NCBI GenBank assembly: GCA_965249485.1
Contig: OZ252239.1
Coordinates: 2,656,001 to 2,720,000, forward strand
DNA: 64,000 bases
DNA from: a bacterium
GTDB taxonomy: Bacteria; SM23-31
Direction: 5' to 3'
Part shown: one piece after another, positions 38,517-49,092 of the stretch
Numbering within the stretch: the first letter of the stretch is position 1
Layout of the letters: each line of letters starts with the position of its first letter
Notes under the pieces: model-generated
What the model was told of the DNA's origin: nothing
The model's input: only the letters and a program-made list of their open reading frames with translations
Databases searched by the model: none
Program-made: the position numbers and the translations under genes

Positions 38517-38933
38517 TTATTGTGGTTTAACAGAAGCTGCAAAGTTAACCCTCAGAGCCCCTGCTTTCCTAAGTTCATTATTCGCTTTTGAAATTGATTC
38601 CATTCTAACACGCTTGTCATACTTGAGAGACATAAGCAATTGAAGATCAGCACTTCTTCTGTTGTATGCTGCCTGATATAATGTTCCATCGTCCGGACTA
38701 ACCGGAAAATCATCAAATGACATGTTGCCGGCAGTGTCTATCCAAAGATAACTCGAATGACTTCGACCTTCTATCTTAACAATTGATTCCGATTCCGGCA
38801 ACTCAACTTTTAAACCGCTGTAATTTCGGAGAACGGTTGTTACCATAAAAAAGAACAGAAGCATAAAAACGATATCCGGGAGAGAAGCTGTAGAAATTTG
38901 GGAATGCACTTCTGATTTTCGTAAAAATTTCAT
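38517..38933 (-). CDS. exbD: Biopolymer transporter ExbD
   Basis: STASLPDIVFMLLFFFMVTT motif. Confidence 0.9.
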   Translation of the reverse strand: MKFLRKSEVHSQISTASLPDIVFMLLFFFMVTTVLRNYSGLKVELPESESIVKIEGRSHSSYLWIDTAGNMSFDDFPVSPDDGTLYQAAYNRRSADLQLLMSLKYDKRVRMESISKANNELRKAGALRVNFAASVKPQ

Positions 38934-38945
38934 TGAGAATCTCTC

Positions 38946-39350
38946 CTATTGGTCTAATTCCGCAATTGATATTCGCGTTGCTCCCGACAACTTCACCTGA
39001 TCAAGAACTTCAATAAATGTATTGTACGCAACCTCTTTATCGGGTTTAATTGAAACAATAAGCAAATCATTTGCTTCGAGTCTTGTTTTTATATTTTGTG
39101 TAATAAGTGGAACGGGAGTCAATTCCTCGGAAACCATTACCTCACCACCGGCATTTATCAATACGTTAACGATGTTGTCTCTCGGAACATTGAGCTGATC
39201 ACCCCATTGCGGGAGCAACATCGGAATACCTTTATCCGTGTTGATTGTTGTGGTCACCAGGAAAAACACCAGAAGGAGAAAGGCAATATCAGCCATTGAA
39301 CTCGTTGGTATTTCTCCAGCATTTTTTGGGCGGCGTTTTTCAACTAACAT
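38946..39350 (-). CDS. exbD: Biopolymer transporter ExbD
   Basis: TSSMADIAFLLLVFFLVTT motif. Confidence 0.9.
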   Translation of the reverse strand: MLVEKRRPKNAGEIPTSSMADIAFLLLVFFLVTTTINTDKGIPMLLPQWGDQLNVPRDNIVNVLINAGGEVMVSEELTPVPLITQNIKTRLEANDLLIVSIKPDKEVAYNTFIEVLDQVKLSGATRISIAELDQ

Positions 39351-39365
39351 GTAAATCCTCTTCGA

Positions 39366-39983
39366 TTATGCAGCCGTTTTTTCCATTTCAATCAGCGTAT
39401 CAACAAGATCAACTGAACTTTCTTCCATATCAATAATAATTTTATCTATGCGCGAAATAAATACATTATTGAAAAATTGGATAATCATTGCAACGATGAG
39501 CCCAAATAGCGTAGTAAGCAACGCTTGCGAGATTCCACCCGCAACAATTGAAGGGCTGATTTCATTAGCTGCCGCAATGTTTTCAAATGCTACAACCATT
39601 CCCCATACTGTCCCAGTAAATCCAAGCATAGGAGCAATAGCGGAGATAGTTGAAAGCCATATGAGTCCGCGCTCGAGAAAGGCCATTTCAACTGTACCTG
39701 CACTCATGATGCTTTTCTCAACCTGCTCAACACCACGGTTGGAGCGCATCAGGCCGGCATGGAAAATCGATGCAACAGGTCCTCTCGTATTTGCACACAC
39801 ATCGAGAGCCTGCTGAATTCCGCCTTCTTGAAGGGCGTTCTTAATTGTAATTAGGAATTTCCGTGTGTTAACAGATGCCATAAAAAGATCATAAAGTTTC
39901 CAGAAAGATAATGCAACGCCTAATACCAGCAATACCAGAATAGGATGCATGAAAACACCACCTTGAATATACAAATCCGTCAT
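39366..39983 (-). CDS. exbB: MotA/TolQ/ExbB proton channel
   Basis: APMLGFTGTVWGM and GISQALLTTLFGL. Start set at ATG 39983 after AGGAGG. Confidence 0.92.
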   Translation of the reverse strand: MTDLYIQGGVFMHPILVLLVLGVALSFWKLYDLFMASVNTRKFLITIKNALQEGGIQQALDVCANTRGPVASIFHAGLMRSNRGVEQVEKSIMSAGTVEMAFLERGLIWLSTISAIAPMLGFTGTVWGMVVAFENIAAANEISPSIVAGGISQALLTTLFGLIVAMIIQFFNNVFISRIDKIIIDMEESSVDLVDTLIEMEKTAA

Positions 39984-40083
39984 AATAAAAATCCTCCTAA
40001 AAAGTATTTTCAGCTTTATATTAGTGAAGGAATGAGTTTTCAAAAAAATGAACTATTAACAACAGTTTAACCAATAGGGAATA

Positions 40084-40112
40084 AGTGTACATAAAATATT
40101 GTGAAATGTCAA
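40084..40112 (-). promoter_or_regulatory. sigma70-like promoter of the exbB operon
   Basis: TTGACA-N17-TACACT. Confidence 0.55.
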
Positions 40113-40213
40113 TATGTTTTTCACCAACTTTTTGTTAATATTTCACCTTAAATAGGTAGCGAATTATTATATGCTGCCATGTGCAAATCAGAGCTAAAAA
40201 TGGGGTGTATTAT

Positions 40214-41296
40214 TTATTGCCAACGAATATTATTTCGATGGAATCGATTAATATTCAAATCAATTGAGAGAGATACTCTGTGTGAATTACCTAACTCGTT
40301 AAAATTGTCAAAACTAGTAAATGCATAATCGACAATCAGCTGTTTGATATGCACACCAACTCCAAAAGACAACCTTTTCAAATCATCATATCCAATTCTG
40401 AATGCAGAGACAGATTTAAAATCCAATTCCAATCCGTAGTGCATGTCCACGCTCATCGAACCAATATTGTATTGCGATGACGACTGTCTGCTTTCAAATC
40501 TAATGTCTGAATCAATAACAGGAATAATTGAAAATGGCAACGAATCAAAGTTGAGTGAGTATGCAGATCCCACTTTTAAAGTTGGACTGATTAACTCCCT
40601 GCGGCCGGTATCCCACGCTACAACAGTTGAGGTCATATCCATGAGATTCACCCCATAGGAGAATTCGCCTATGTGAGAAAGTAAACTTGCGTCAAATCCA
40701 ATTCCCCAAGCGGAATTGTCTCCAATGTTTCGTCTGATTAATTTAACATTCATACCGAAATAGGTTTTTTCAGATCTCTGGTGGGCATAGCTAAAGAAAA
40801 ATGCATAATCGGTATTTGAGAAAAATGTTATTGCATCGACATTAAGGCGTTCATTTTCATCTATTCTCCCATTCGCCTGAATTGAATCGATTAATGCATT
40901 TCTGGTATCGGGAATCCCATCAATTCCAAGTCGAATAACACTTACTCCGAATGTGTTTTTTTTGTGGAACGGTAACACTACACTTAAGAAATCATAATTA
41001 ACTTCTCCTGCAAACTGTTCGGCATGCATCATTGAAACTTGGAGCTTCTTGAGCTGACCCATACCGGCGGGATTCCAGTAGGTTGATGTTCCATCGTCTG
41101 CAAGAGCAGAAAATGCCGAACCTAATGCCTGCGGACGCGCACCAACACCAATAGCAAGAAACTCACCTGCAAATTTTCCTATGTTTTGGGCAATCAAATG
41201 CCCCGGCATAATAAACATAGCAAATACAATAAAAAATATTTTTAAATCTGGAATCTTGTGCAATTGGATGTCCTCATAACCAAAAAACCGAATCAC
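40214..41296 (-). CDS. PorV/PorQ-family outer-membrane beta-barrel
   Basis: EFLAIGVGARPQALG.AF...DD...YWNPAG and C-terminal DYAF...LGNSHRVSL. Confidence 0.85.
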   Translation of the reverse strand: MIRFFGYEDIQLHKIPDLKIFFIVFAMFIMPGHLIAQNIGKFAGEFLAIGVGARPQALGSAFSALADDGTSTYWNPAGMGQLKKLQVSMMHAEQFAGEVNYDFLSVVLPFHKKNTFGVSVIRLGIDGIPDTRNALIDSIQANGRIDENERLNVDAITFFSNTDYAFFFSYAHQRSEKTYFGMNVKLIRRNIGDNSAWGIGFDASLLSHIGEFSYGVNLMDMTSTVVAWDTGRRELISPTLKVGSAYSLNFDSLPFSIIPVIDSDIRFESRQSSSQYNIGSMSVDMHYGLELDFKSVSAFRIGYDDLKRLSFGVGVHIKQLIVDYAFTSFDNFNELGNSHRVSLSIDLNINRFHRNNIRWQ

Positions 41297-41369
41297 ACCT
41301 CTACTGTCATGATCCGGTTACCAAAAATATTTTTAATGATTGTGCTAAAAAACCTTTGAATAAAATGTA

Positions 41370-41954
41370 TTAATTCGTTTCGATATCGGGTTCTTGTTCA
41401 TCACCCTCTTGAGACTTTAAATTCTGAATTTTATCACGGATTTTTGCAGCATTTTCATAGTCTTCATCATCGATAGCTTTTTGAAGCTGTTCACTCAGCA
41501 GAGATATCTCAGACATTTCAAACTGTGTCTCATCGTCTATCTTAACTGCAGCTTTATCAATAACCTGTGAAGCAACAAATATGGGAGCTTTCATACGGAG
41601 AGCAATAGCAACAGCATCGGACGGCCGGGAATCTATACTGATTGTATCCCCATTGTTTTTAAGAGCAATCTTTGCATAAAAAGTATTTTCTTTAAGATCA
41701 TTTATGAGAATCCGTGTAATTTCAAGCTCTGCAGAATTAAGAACCGTTTTAAATAGGTCGTGGGTAAGAGGACGCTGCATTTCAACACCCTGCATATTCC
41801 ATGCTATCGATTGTGCCTCCCACTGGCCAATCACTATCGGCAATAATCGTTTTCCTTCATCATCAATGAGCAGCATGAGAAACTGGTTAGTCGTCGGATC
41901 GGCCGTTACACCATGGACACGAACAGAAATTATATTTTTGTCTTTTTGAGCCAT
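41370..41954 (-). CDS. Bifunctional nuclease (DUF151) with UVR domain
   Basis: LPIVIGQWEAQSI, RPLTHDL, DSRPSDAVAIALR and AIDDEDYENAAKIRD motifs. Confidence 0.92.
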   Translation of the reverse strand: MAQKDKNIISVRVHGVTADPTTNQFLMLLIDDEGKRLLPIVIGQWEAQSIAWNMQGVEMQRPLTHDLFKTVLNSAELEITRILINDLKENTFYAKIALKNNGDTISIDSRPSDAVAIALRMKAPIFVASQVIDKAAVKIDDETQFEMSEISLLSEQLQKAIDDEDYENAAKIRDKIQNLKSQEGDEQEPDIETN

Positions 41955-42138
41955 GAATTATACAGTAGATATTTACGACAATACGCTAACTACCCTTGTT
42001 TTCAATTTCAATATAGCTATTAGCACATATGAAAGCAATATTAAATTTGAAAATAAAAAAGGTCGGATTCCCTCTGATATCTGAACAAAATTATCGCTTC
42101 AACGGAGCGATTTTCAGATGAAAAAACCAAAAATAAAT

Positions 42139-42498
42139 TCACATTTTTCTTAGCTCTTGTACCGCTTCGTCCTCGGATTCGAACACAATAAAAGCTCTAT
42201 CAAGATTAGCTATTCTGAAAAGTGACACTACTCCATCGCGCAAACAGCAAATTGAAATGCTCCCATCTACTTCATTCAATTGCCGTTTACCGAACGTCAA
42301 TGCACCCAGACCAGAATTATCCATTGATTCAACTTCATTCATATTCAACAGCACGGTTTTTGCACCTTCAGCCATCAACTTTAGAAGTTCAGTTTTGAAT
42401 TTTGGAGCCAAATCAGTGTCAAGATTATTCTCATGTAGTGTAATTATACAAATGTTATCTATGGTTTTATGGGTGTACGCAATACTTTGGTCTGACAT
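42139..42498 (-). CDS. STAS-domain anti-sigma factor antagonist
   Basis: LD...AP.FK and VESMDNSGLGAL motifs. Confidence 0.85.
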   Translation of the reverse strand: MSDQSIAYTHKTIDNICIITLHENNLDTDLAPKFKTELLKLMAEGAKTVLLNMNEVESMDNSGLGALTFGKRQLNEVDGSISICCLRDGVVSLFRIANLDRAFIVFESEDEAVQELRKM

Positions 42499-42546
42499 TA
42501 TATGATCCCTGAATATTATAACGAAAATTGAGAACCAATCTATGAT

Positions 42547-45500
42547 TTAAATTGGATTTGCAATCTCTGTTTGCTCGTCATACACATCGGTTTTAACTTC
42601 TTCATGACTGATACGCACTGAAATCAATTTCGAAATACCAGTTTCTTCCATAGTGACACCGTACAAGTTGTTCGCTGCTTCCATGGACTTTTTATTGTGG
42701 GTGACGACAATAAATTGCGTATCTTTTGAAAATTCTTTAAGCATAGTAGTGAACCGGGTAACATTCGCATCATCAAGTGGTGCATCAACTTCATCAAGTA
42801 TACAAAATGGGCTTGGTTTCACTTTATATATTGCAAGTAGTATAGCAAGTGCAGTTAACGACTTTTCACCGCCAGAAAGCAGTGCGATTGATTGAATTTT
42901 CTTACCTGAGGGCTGTGCAAATACATCAATTTTCGAGTTCAAAGGATCATCGGTTTCAACAATTTGCATGTCCGCCTCCCCATCACCAAAGAAGCTGGTA
43001 AATATTGATTTAAAATTAGTGCGAACAAGCTGAAATGTCTGCTCAAACCGCTCTTTAGCGGTATTGTTGATTTTCTCAATTGTTTTAAACAGAGTTCTTT
43101 CCGCTTCACCAAGGTCTTCAGATTGGCTGATTAAAAACTGCATTCGCTCTTTTTCTTTATCATATTCATCAAGCGCCTCCAAATTTACCGGTCCAAACAT
43201 TTCTACTCGCTGAATAAGGTTTTGTTTTTTCTGAATAATATCATCAAGGTCATGCTCTTCTGAACCGGCTTTAAGAGAGTCAATTTCGATCCCTCTCTCT
43301 TCCATTCTTTCATTCAAAAAACTTAATTCGTTGTGGATTTCCAGCAAATCTTCCTTTTTACTTTGTATGGTATCCTTCACACTTTCGATTTCATTTTGAA
43401 TGGTCATGAAACTGTCGAATTCGGATCTTGTTTCTTCCTGAAATGTATGCAATTCCTCTCTGTTTGCAAGCACATCATCTTCACATTGACGCTGATCATT
43501 AAAAAGATTTTCAAGTGTTTCTTTTAATTCATCAATTTTTTGATTTGTTGCAACAATAAGATTTCGTGACTCTTTAAGCGACTCTTCCCTCTTTATTTTA
43601 TCAGCATGTATATCGCCTAAAAGTAGATCAAGCCTTTCAGATTCCTTTGTACGACTCAGGAGAGACTCTTTTATACGAGCAGTTTGAGCGTAATAGTCCG
43701 AGAAATTGTTTTCGACATTTTCCCGTTTAGTCTCCAAAGCGTCTTCTTCATACTGAATTTTATTCCGCTCATCTTCTAAAGAAGCCCGTTCACTTTCTAA
43801 TCTCGATATTTCAGTGTCGATTTCATTAATTTGGGTAGTGTCTGTTTTAAAATGCTCAAGTTGTTTTGTTTCAGATATCAGTTTTTTCATCTCTTCTTCA
43901 AGCTGATTCTTTTCATAAATTACAATATCAAATCGACGATGCAGTGATTCCAGCTCTTTAGATTTGTTTTCAACCATCCTATCTTTTTCAAAAAGTTTAC
44001 TAACAATATTTTCGTTCTCTTCTTTGATCAATTGCAGCGCAGGCACTTTTTTCTCTAATTCTGATAGACTGTTTTGAATAATTCTATCAATTTCAGCCAT
44101 CCTATCTTTTCTACCAATAATGCTTGTATCCGAATCTTTTGATCTCCCCCCCGAATACATATATTCTGTCGAAACAATTTCACCTGAGTTGTTAACAAAC
44201 CGGCAGGGATATGTCTTCCTGTTTTTTGTGTCGAACATATCTCCTTCAACATATACAACATCACCAAGAAGAACATTTAATAGCGGTTTCAAAGATTTAT
44301 CAGATTTAATTTCATCGACAAGAGGGATACCCAATTCATCTTTTCGAATCTTATTCTTATGAATAGGTGCATCTAAGTTTGCATTAATTTTATCAAGAGC
44401 TACAAATGTAGCACGCCCGCTATTTAGTGATCGAAGGTAAGAAAGAGCGTTTTCTACATTTTTAACCGAGTCAACTACAACGTAGTGTGCTTGTTCTCCA
44501 AGAATCGCTTCGACTGCATTTCGATATTGATCGGGCACAGATATAAGGTCGGCTAATGTGCCTAATACCCCCGCAACTTCATCTTTAGCCTGTAAGATTT
44601 TAGAGACACCATTCGGAAGCCCTCCATATTCCTCAACCAGATTATCGAGAAATTGATATTTGGCTTTATTTGTTTCTAAGGAGACTTTTAATTCATTAAT
44701 CTGCAGATCATGATTCCTCATATCCTCGATATGTTTATCACTGGTGCTGCGTAGTCCTTCTCTATTCTTTTTGTCTTCTATAATTTCATTTTCAAGCTTA
44801 CTCTTCTGACTGGATATATCCAATTCGGTTTTTTGAAGCAATTTCAGTTTCCCAGTCGATTCCTTGTGTGATTCATGCAATGACTCAAGCCTTTTTTCAC
44901 ATTCTCTAGACTCATGCATCAGAGTATCTTTAACACGTTTTTTCTCTTCAAGATTTTTTAAAACATCAAAGGCTTTTTGATTCTTTTCAAGGAATACACT
45001 TTTTTTCTTTTTATACTCCTCCAGAAAGACATTTCTCTTATCTCGAAATTCATTCAGTTTCTTTCCCGCACCTTCCAACTCACTTTCTATAGAAGCGTAT
45101 TGTTTTCGAGAATCTTTTATCCTGCTTATTGCCTCTTCAGCATTATCATTGAGACTAGCAATTTCCATTTCCAACCGTTTTTGTGTTTCACCTAGCGCTG
45201 TTGAGCGTTCGCTTAATGTTGCAATGGAACTGTCCTTGGTACGGACATGTTCGGAAAATTTATTTAGATTATCCTGTGCTTGCGCTAACAATTCCTGTTT
45301 CTCAATAATCTCATTTTGCGCTTTTTCAAAAGCAGCTTTGTCTTTGGCAACTTTACCAGAAAGATTCGAATGGGTGTTTTTTAGGGCAACCATCTCACTT
45401 TTAATCGGTTTTTCTCGCCTATGCAAATCATCCAATTTGTAGAAATAGAACAACCTTTCAATTGACATCAACTCATTTTTAAGCATTTCGTACCGTTTAG

Positions 45501-46134
45501 CGCGATTCACCTGCGACCTAAGAGCATTAACGTTCCGTTCAACCTCATTAATAATATCTTTAACCCGAATTAAATCCTGTCGTGTAGCGTCAAGTTTTCT
45601 CAACGTCTCTTGCCGCCGAGACTTGTATTTTGTGATTCCGGCGGCCTCTTCAAATAGTCTCTTTCGAAAGTCATCACTATCTTTCAAAAACATTTCAATC
45701 ATGCTTAATTCGATAACGGAATACGCATCTGCCCCCATTCCACTATCCATCAGGAGATTTGAAATATCTTTCAGACGGCAAACCTGCTTATTTAATAGAT
45801 ATTCACTATCTCCTGAACGGTAAAGACGCCTCGAGATCATGATTTGTGAGTAGTCAATGGGAAGAATATTTTTTGTGTTTTCAATAACCAGAGAAACTTC
45901 GGCAAATCCGAGCCTGCGCCTATTTGCGGTACCGCCAAAAATAACGCTTTCCATTCTTTCGCTCCTGAGAACAGAGGATTTCTGCTCTCCAAGCACCCAC
46001 CTGATTGCATCTACAATGTTTGTTTTACCACATCCGTTTGGTCCAACAATTGCCGTAATGCCATCATCAAATTTTATGCTTGTTTTATGTGCAAAAGATT
46101 TAAATCCAACAAGATCAACTTGAGATAAGTACAT
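42547..46134 (-). CDS. smc: Chromosome segregation protein SMC
   Basis: GFKSFA, GPNGCGKT, coiled coils with hinge (GRATF), LSGGEK and LDEVDAPLD. Confidence 0.97.
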   Translation of the reverse strand: MYLSQVDLVGFKSFAHKTSIKFDDGITAIVGPNGCGKTNIVDAIRWVLGEQKSSVLRSERMESVIFGGTANRRRLGFAEVSLVIENTKNILPIDYSQIMISRRLYRSGDSEYLLNKQVCRLKDISNLLMDSGMGADAYSVIELSMIEMFLKDSDDFRKRLFEEAAGITKYKSRRQETLRKLDATRQDLIRVKDIINEVERNVNALRSQVNRAKRYEMLKNELMSIERLFYFYKLDDLHRREKPIKSEMVALKNTHSNLSGKVAKDKAAFEKAQNEIIEKQELLAQAQDNLNKFSEHVRTKDSSIATLSERSTALGETQKRLEMEIASLNDNAEEAISRIKDSRKQYASIESELEGAGKKLNEFRDKRNVFLEEYKKKKSVFLEKNQKAFDVLKNLEEKKRVKDTLMHESRECEKRLESLHESHKESTGKLKLLQKTELDISSQKSKLENEIIEDKKNREGLRSTSDKHIEDMRNHDLQINELKVSLETNKAKYQFLDNLVEEYGGLPNGVSKILQAKDEVAGVLGTLADLISVPDQYRNAVEAILGEQAHYVVVDSVKNVENALSYLRSLNSGRATFVALDKINANLDAPIHKNKIRKDELGIPLVDEIKSDKSLKPLLNVLLGDVVYVEGDMFDTKNRKTYPCRFVNNSGEIVSTEYMYSGGRSKDSDTSIIGRKDRMAEIDRIIQNSLSELEKKVPALQLIKEENENIVSKLFEKDRMVENKSKELESLHRRFDIVIYEKNQLEEEMKKLISETKQLEHFKTDTTQINEIDTEISRLESERASLEDERNKIQYEEDALETKRENVENNFSDYYAQTARIKESLLSRTKESERLDLLLGDIHADKIKREESLKESRNLIVATNQKIDELKETLENLFNDQRQCEDDVLANREELHTFQEETRSEFDSFMTIQNEIESVKDTIQSKKEDLLEIHNELSFLNERMEERGIEIDSLKAGSEEHDLDDIIQKKQNLIQRVEMFGPVNLEALDEYDKEKERMQFLISQSEDLGEAERTLFKTIEKINNTAKERFEQTFQLVRTNFKSIFTSFFGDGEADMQIVETDDPLNSKIDVFAQPSGKKIQSIALLSGGEKSLTALAILLAIYKVKPSPFCILDEVDAPLDDANVTRFTTMLKEFSKDTQFIVVTHNKKSMEAANNLYGVTMEETGISKLISVRISHEEVKTDVYDEQTEIANPI

Positions 46135-46142
46135 ACTATTCT

Positions 46143-48786
46143 TTACTTTAATTGTGAATAAGCAGATTTATAATATTGCGGCACAAAAGAGAACGATTTA
46201 TTATTCATTTGGAAATAAAACACTATCCCGCTAACAACCATCAATAGTATTACCATAAGATTTACTATGGCACGAATAAATTCCGAATGAAATGTTACAT
46301 GCATCGCTAAAATGAGTCGGAAGATGAACCAGATTATGAATACAGCAACCACACAACCGTAAACAATAGTGGTTGACGGATTTTGCAAAGCTGAATATAG
46401 TGCCATTGAAAAAGGCAATAGAAATATGAGATTGTTTGCAGACCACACAAGCAAATTAAATGAAGAACTTCTTCCTCTTCGCATACCAGTAATTTTAATC
46501 GATATATTATGGAAAACAGCTACAATCCAAATCAGTATTAAAAATAGAATTATAAGAAAACATGTGTTTAAGATTGGATTCCAGATTAAAAATACTATCA
46601 GATTTTTGGACCATAGAGAATCAATAAATTGAGACAGGAGAACATCAAAATACACGCTGTCTTTGTGAAAATAAGCTACACTTGCAACACCCAATGTAAA
46701 ACTTGATGCAATTCCAAACCCCAAGACTATCGTCTGCCATGAATGCACATTACGTCCTCCCAACATATCCTCAAAAAATATTTTCGGGAAAATGAGCGAT
46801 CTTCGAAAATTTTGACCAAACCACTTGTTTTGTTTCAAGGCAATCAGCAGAATAATGATAATTGCAAAACCGGCATATATTAATCTACCTTGAATCTGAG
46901 TTTCATTTTCCTCAAATGTAAGAGGCAGAACCTGTCCATTTGAAAGTGCAGCACTTAAGTGTTGAAATGCAAGCCTTGGTTCTCGTTTCTCTGTTGTCAA
47001 CCCCAAGTAATTGATTCTGTTCTCAGAATGACTGCCTGCGGCTAATACAGGATTATTCACTTTCCAATCAGCAAAACCCCACCAAAATAGACCGCCTATT
47101 TGTTCATTTATGTTATTATTGAGAAATAATTCAGTAATGTATTTAGCTTGATTTTTCACAGAAGTCTGATCTATGACTGCTCCTTCTGAAAGATTGGGTT
47201 TCACATGCGTACCGATTCTGCCAATTATGAAAGGCTTTTTCAAAACCGATGTGTTTTGTGATTTTATGATGCGAGCAAGATCCTCAATATCAGGATTAAA
47301 TAAATCCAACAACGTTACATCAACCAAGGAGTTACATAGATCATCTTTGAGGATTTCAGCTGAATAATATATTGGTCGTGAATCTAACGATCGTGCTTCT
47401 TCAGATAATGCAGAAATATAATGTTTTGTATTTTCTTCTGTCACGTCGAGATTTGATCCCAATCCCCAACCGATGATTGCCGGATGGTGGCGGTCACGCT
47501 CTATCATTTCCCGAACTACCACAATAGAATGGTCAATAAAATCTTGTGATCCAAGTATATCGGCTGCAACATAGTTGACAGGCATTTCTTCCAGCACAAG
47601 AAGACCTAATTGATCACATAATGAATAAAAATAGGGATGGTTAGGATAAGGGCCTGACCGAACTGCATTTATACCGAGGTTTTTTATAAGAACCAGATCT
47701 TCCCGTTGTTGTGACCATGGTAGTGATATCCCGTAATCAAGATGCTGTTCCATTCGGTATACACCATTTAGATGGACTTTTAACCCATTCAGATAAAAAC
47801 CATCTTTTTTAAATAAAGCATGCCTAAAACCGAATGTTCCTCGAAATCTGTCTATTACCGTATTACTTTGTTGTATAATTGTAACTGTCAGTTGATACAG
47901 CACAGGATTCTCAGGAGACCACAACTCAACATTTCGAAATGTTACATTCATTGTATCCTGATATGCCTGGTGAATCGAGAAATATTTGGGATTTGCAGCC
48001 GTGCTTTTTACCAAATTCCCAGTTATCAAATTGTGCACTTCTATATAGTAACCCACATCCTGAATGTCTTCTTGCAAAACACTTTCGCTCTGATTTTCAA
48101 GAGTTAGTGGTGAAGTCTGATTGTAGTTTTGAAACAAAGTAAGATATAACCGATGTAACGTTTTTAAACTCACTATCGAATTGATAATCAATTTTCCAAT
48201 TTGCGAGTGACACCTTCGGATTGAGTTGGAAAAATATTTCTCTGACAATCCCCGTATACCGTTTCCAACCCCATGGCCTTGAACGTGCAAGGTCAAGTAT
48301 GTCAACATCCTGCGAATTATCAATTGTAATTTCTATCGTGTTCTCATTCCCCGGACGCAATAACTCGTCTAATACATCCAAATAAAAACTCGTGTACCCT
48401 CCGGAATGTGAACCGACATAGGTTCCATTACTCCAAATTGAGCTGTTATAGTTAATACCCAGTATCACAAGGCGGGCATGATAGCGTGCTGCATCTTCTG
48501 GCAGAAAGAAGATTTTGCGGTAAGTGATTTTATCCGTATATTCTAAAGAACTTGGTACCTTCACCTTCTGCCAAGTTTTGTTAGTGCCGATTTGAATATC
48601 CCATTCACCATTTAAGTCGAGAACTTCCCTAAACTCCGCCGATGACATAACATTTACATTATCGGGAGCATTGTTATACTCGGAATTAATGAGCGCAGTA
48701 ATACCCGTTTGTGCCGCAACAAAAGACGATTGCACCTGCAGCAAAAGCAAAGTAAATGATAGTAATAGGATGGTACGTAAATTCAT
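46143..48786 (-). CDS. Glycoside hydrolase family 2 with C-terminal multi-TM domain, split by an apparent +1 frameshift near 48136
   Basis: N-part: signal peptide, LDLNGEW, HSGGYTSF, YTGIVR. C-part: LWSPENP.LY, FGFR, NAVR...YPN, RDRHHPAII.W. Removing one T in TACTTTG joins the two frames. Confidence 0.8.
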
Positions 48787-48947
48787 GAATTAGAATTCTT
48801 TTATTGGTGTTATCGGTGAGAAATTTATTTTAATCTAAAATGTAACAATAAGGCTCAATAAATACAATGGAAAATTTAAACACTCTTTCAGTAACCATTC
48901 GCTTTCAACAATCTTTAAATTAGCTTAATATACATGATTTATTTTTC

Positions 48948-48976
48948 TTGACAATTGACCGCTTAATAGCTATTTT
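48948..48976 (+). promoter_or_regulatory. sigma70-like promoter candidate
   Basis: TTGACA-N17-TATTTT upstream of ORF 49093. Confidence 0.4.
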
Positions 48977-49092
48977 TTCGCAGTTCAACAATAAAATTTC
49001 TTCATTATTTTTCTTCCATTAGTTACTATAATTCTATAAGAAAACAAGCCCATTATTTATATTAATAAATTGAGGTAGCGGGAGGATTAGCT

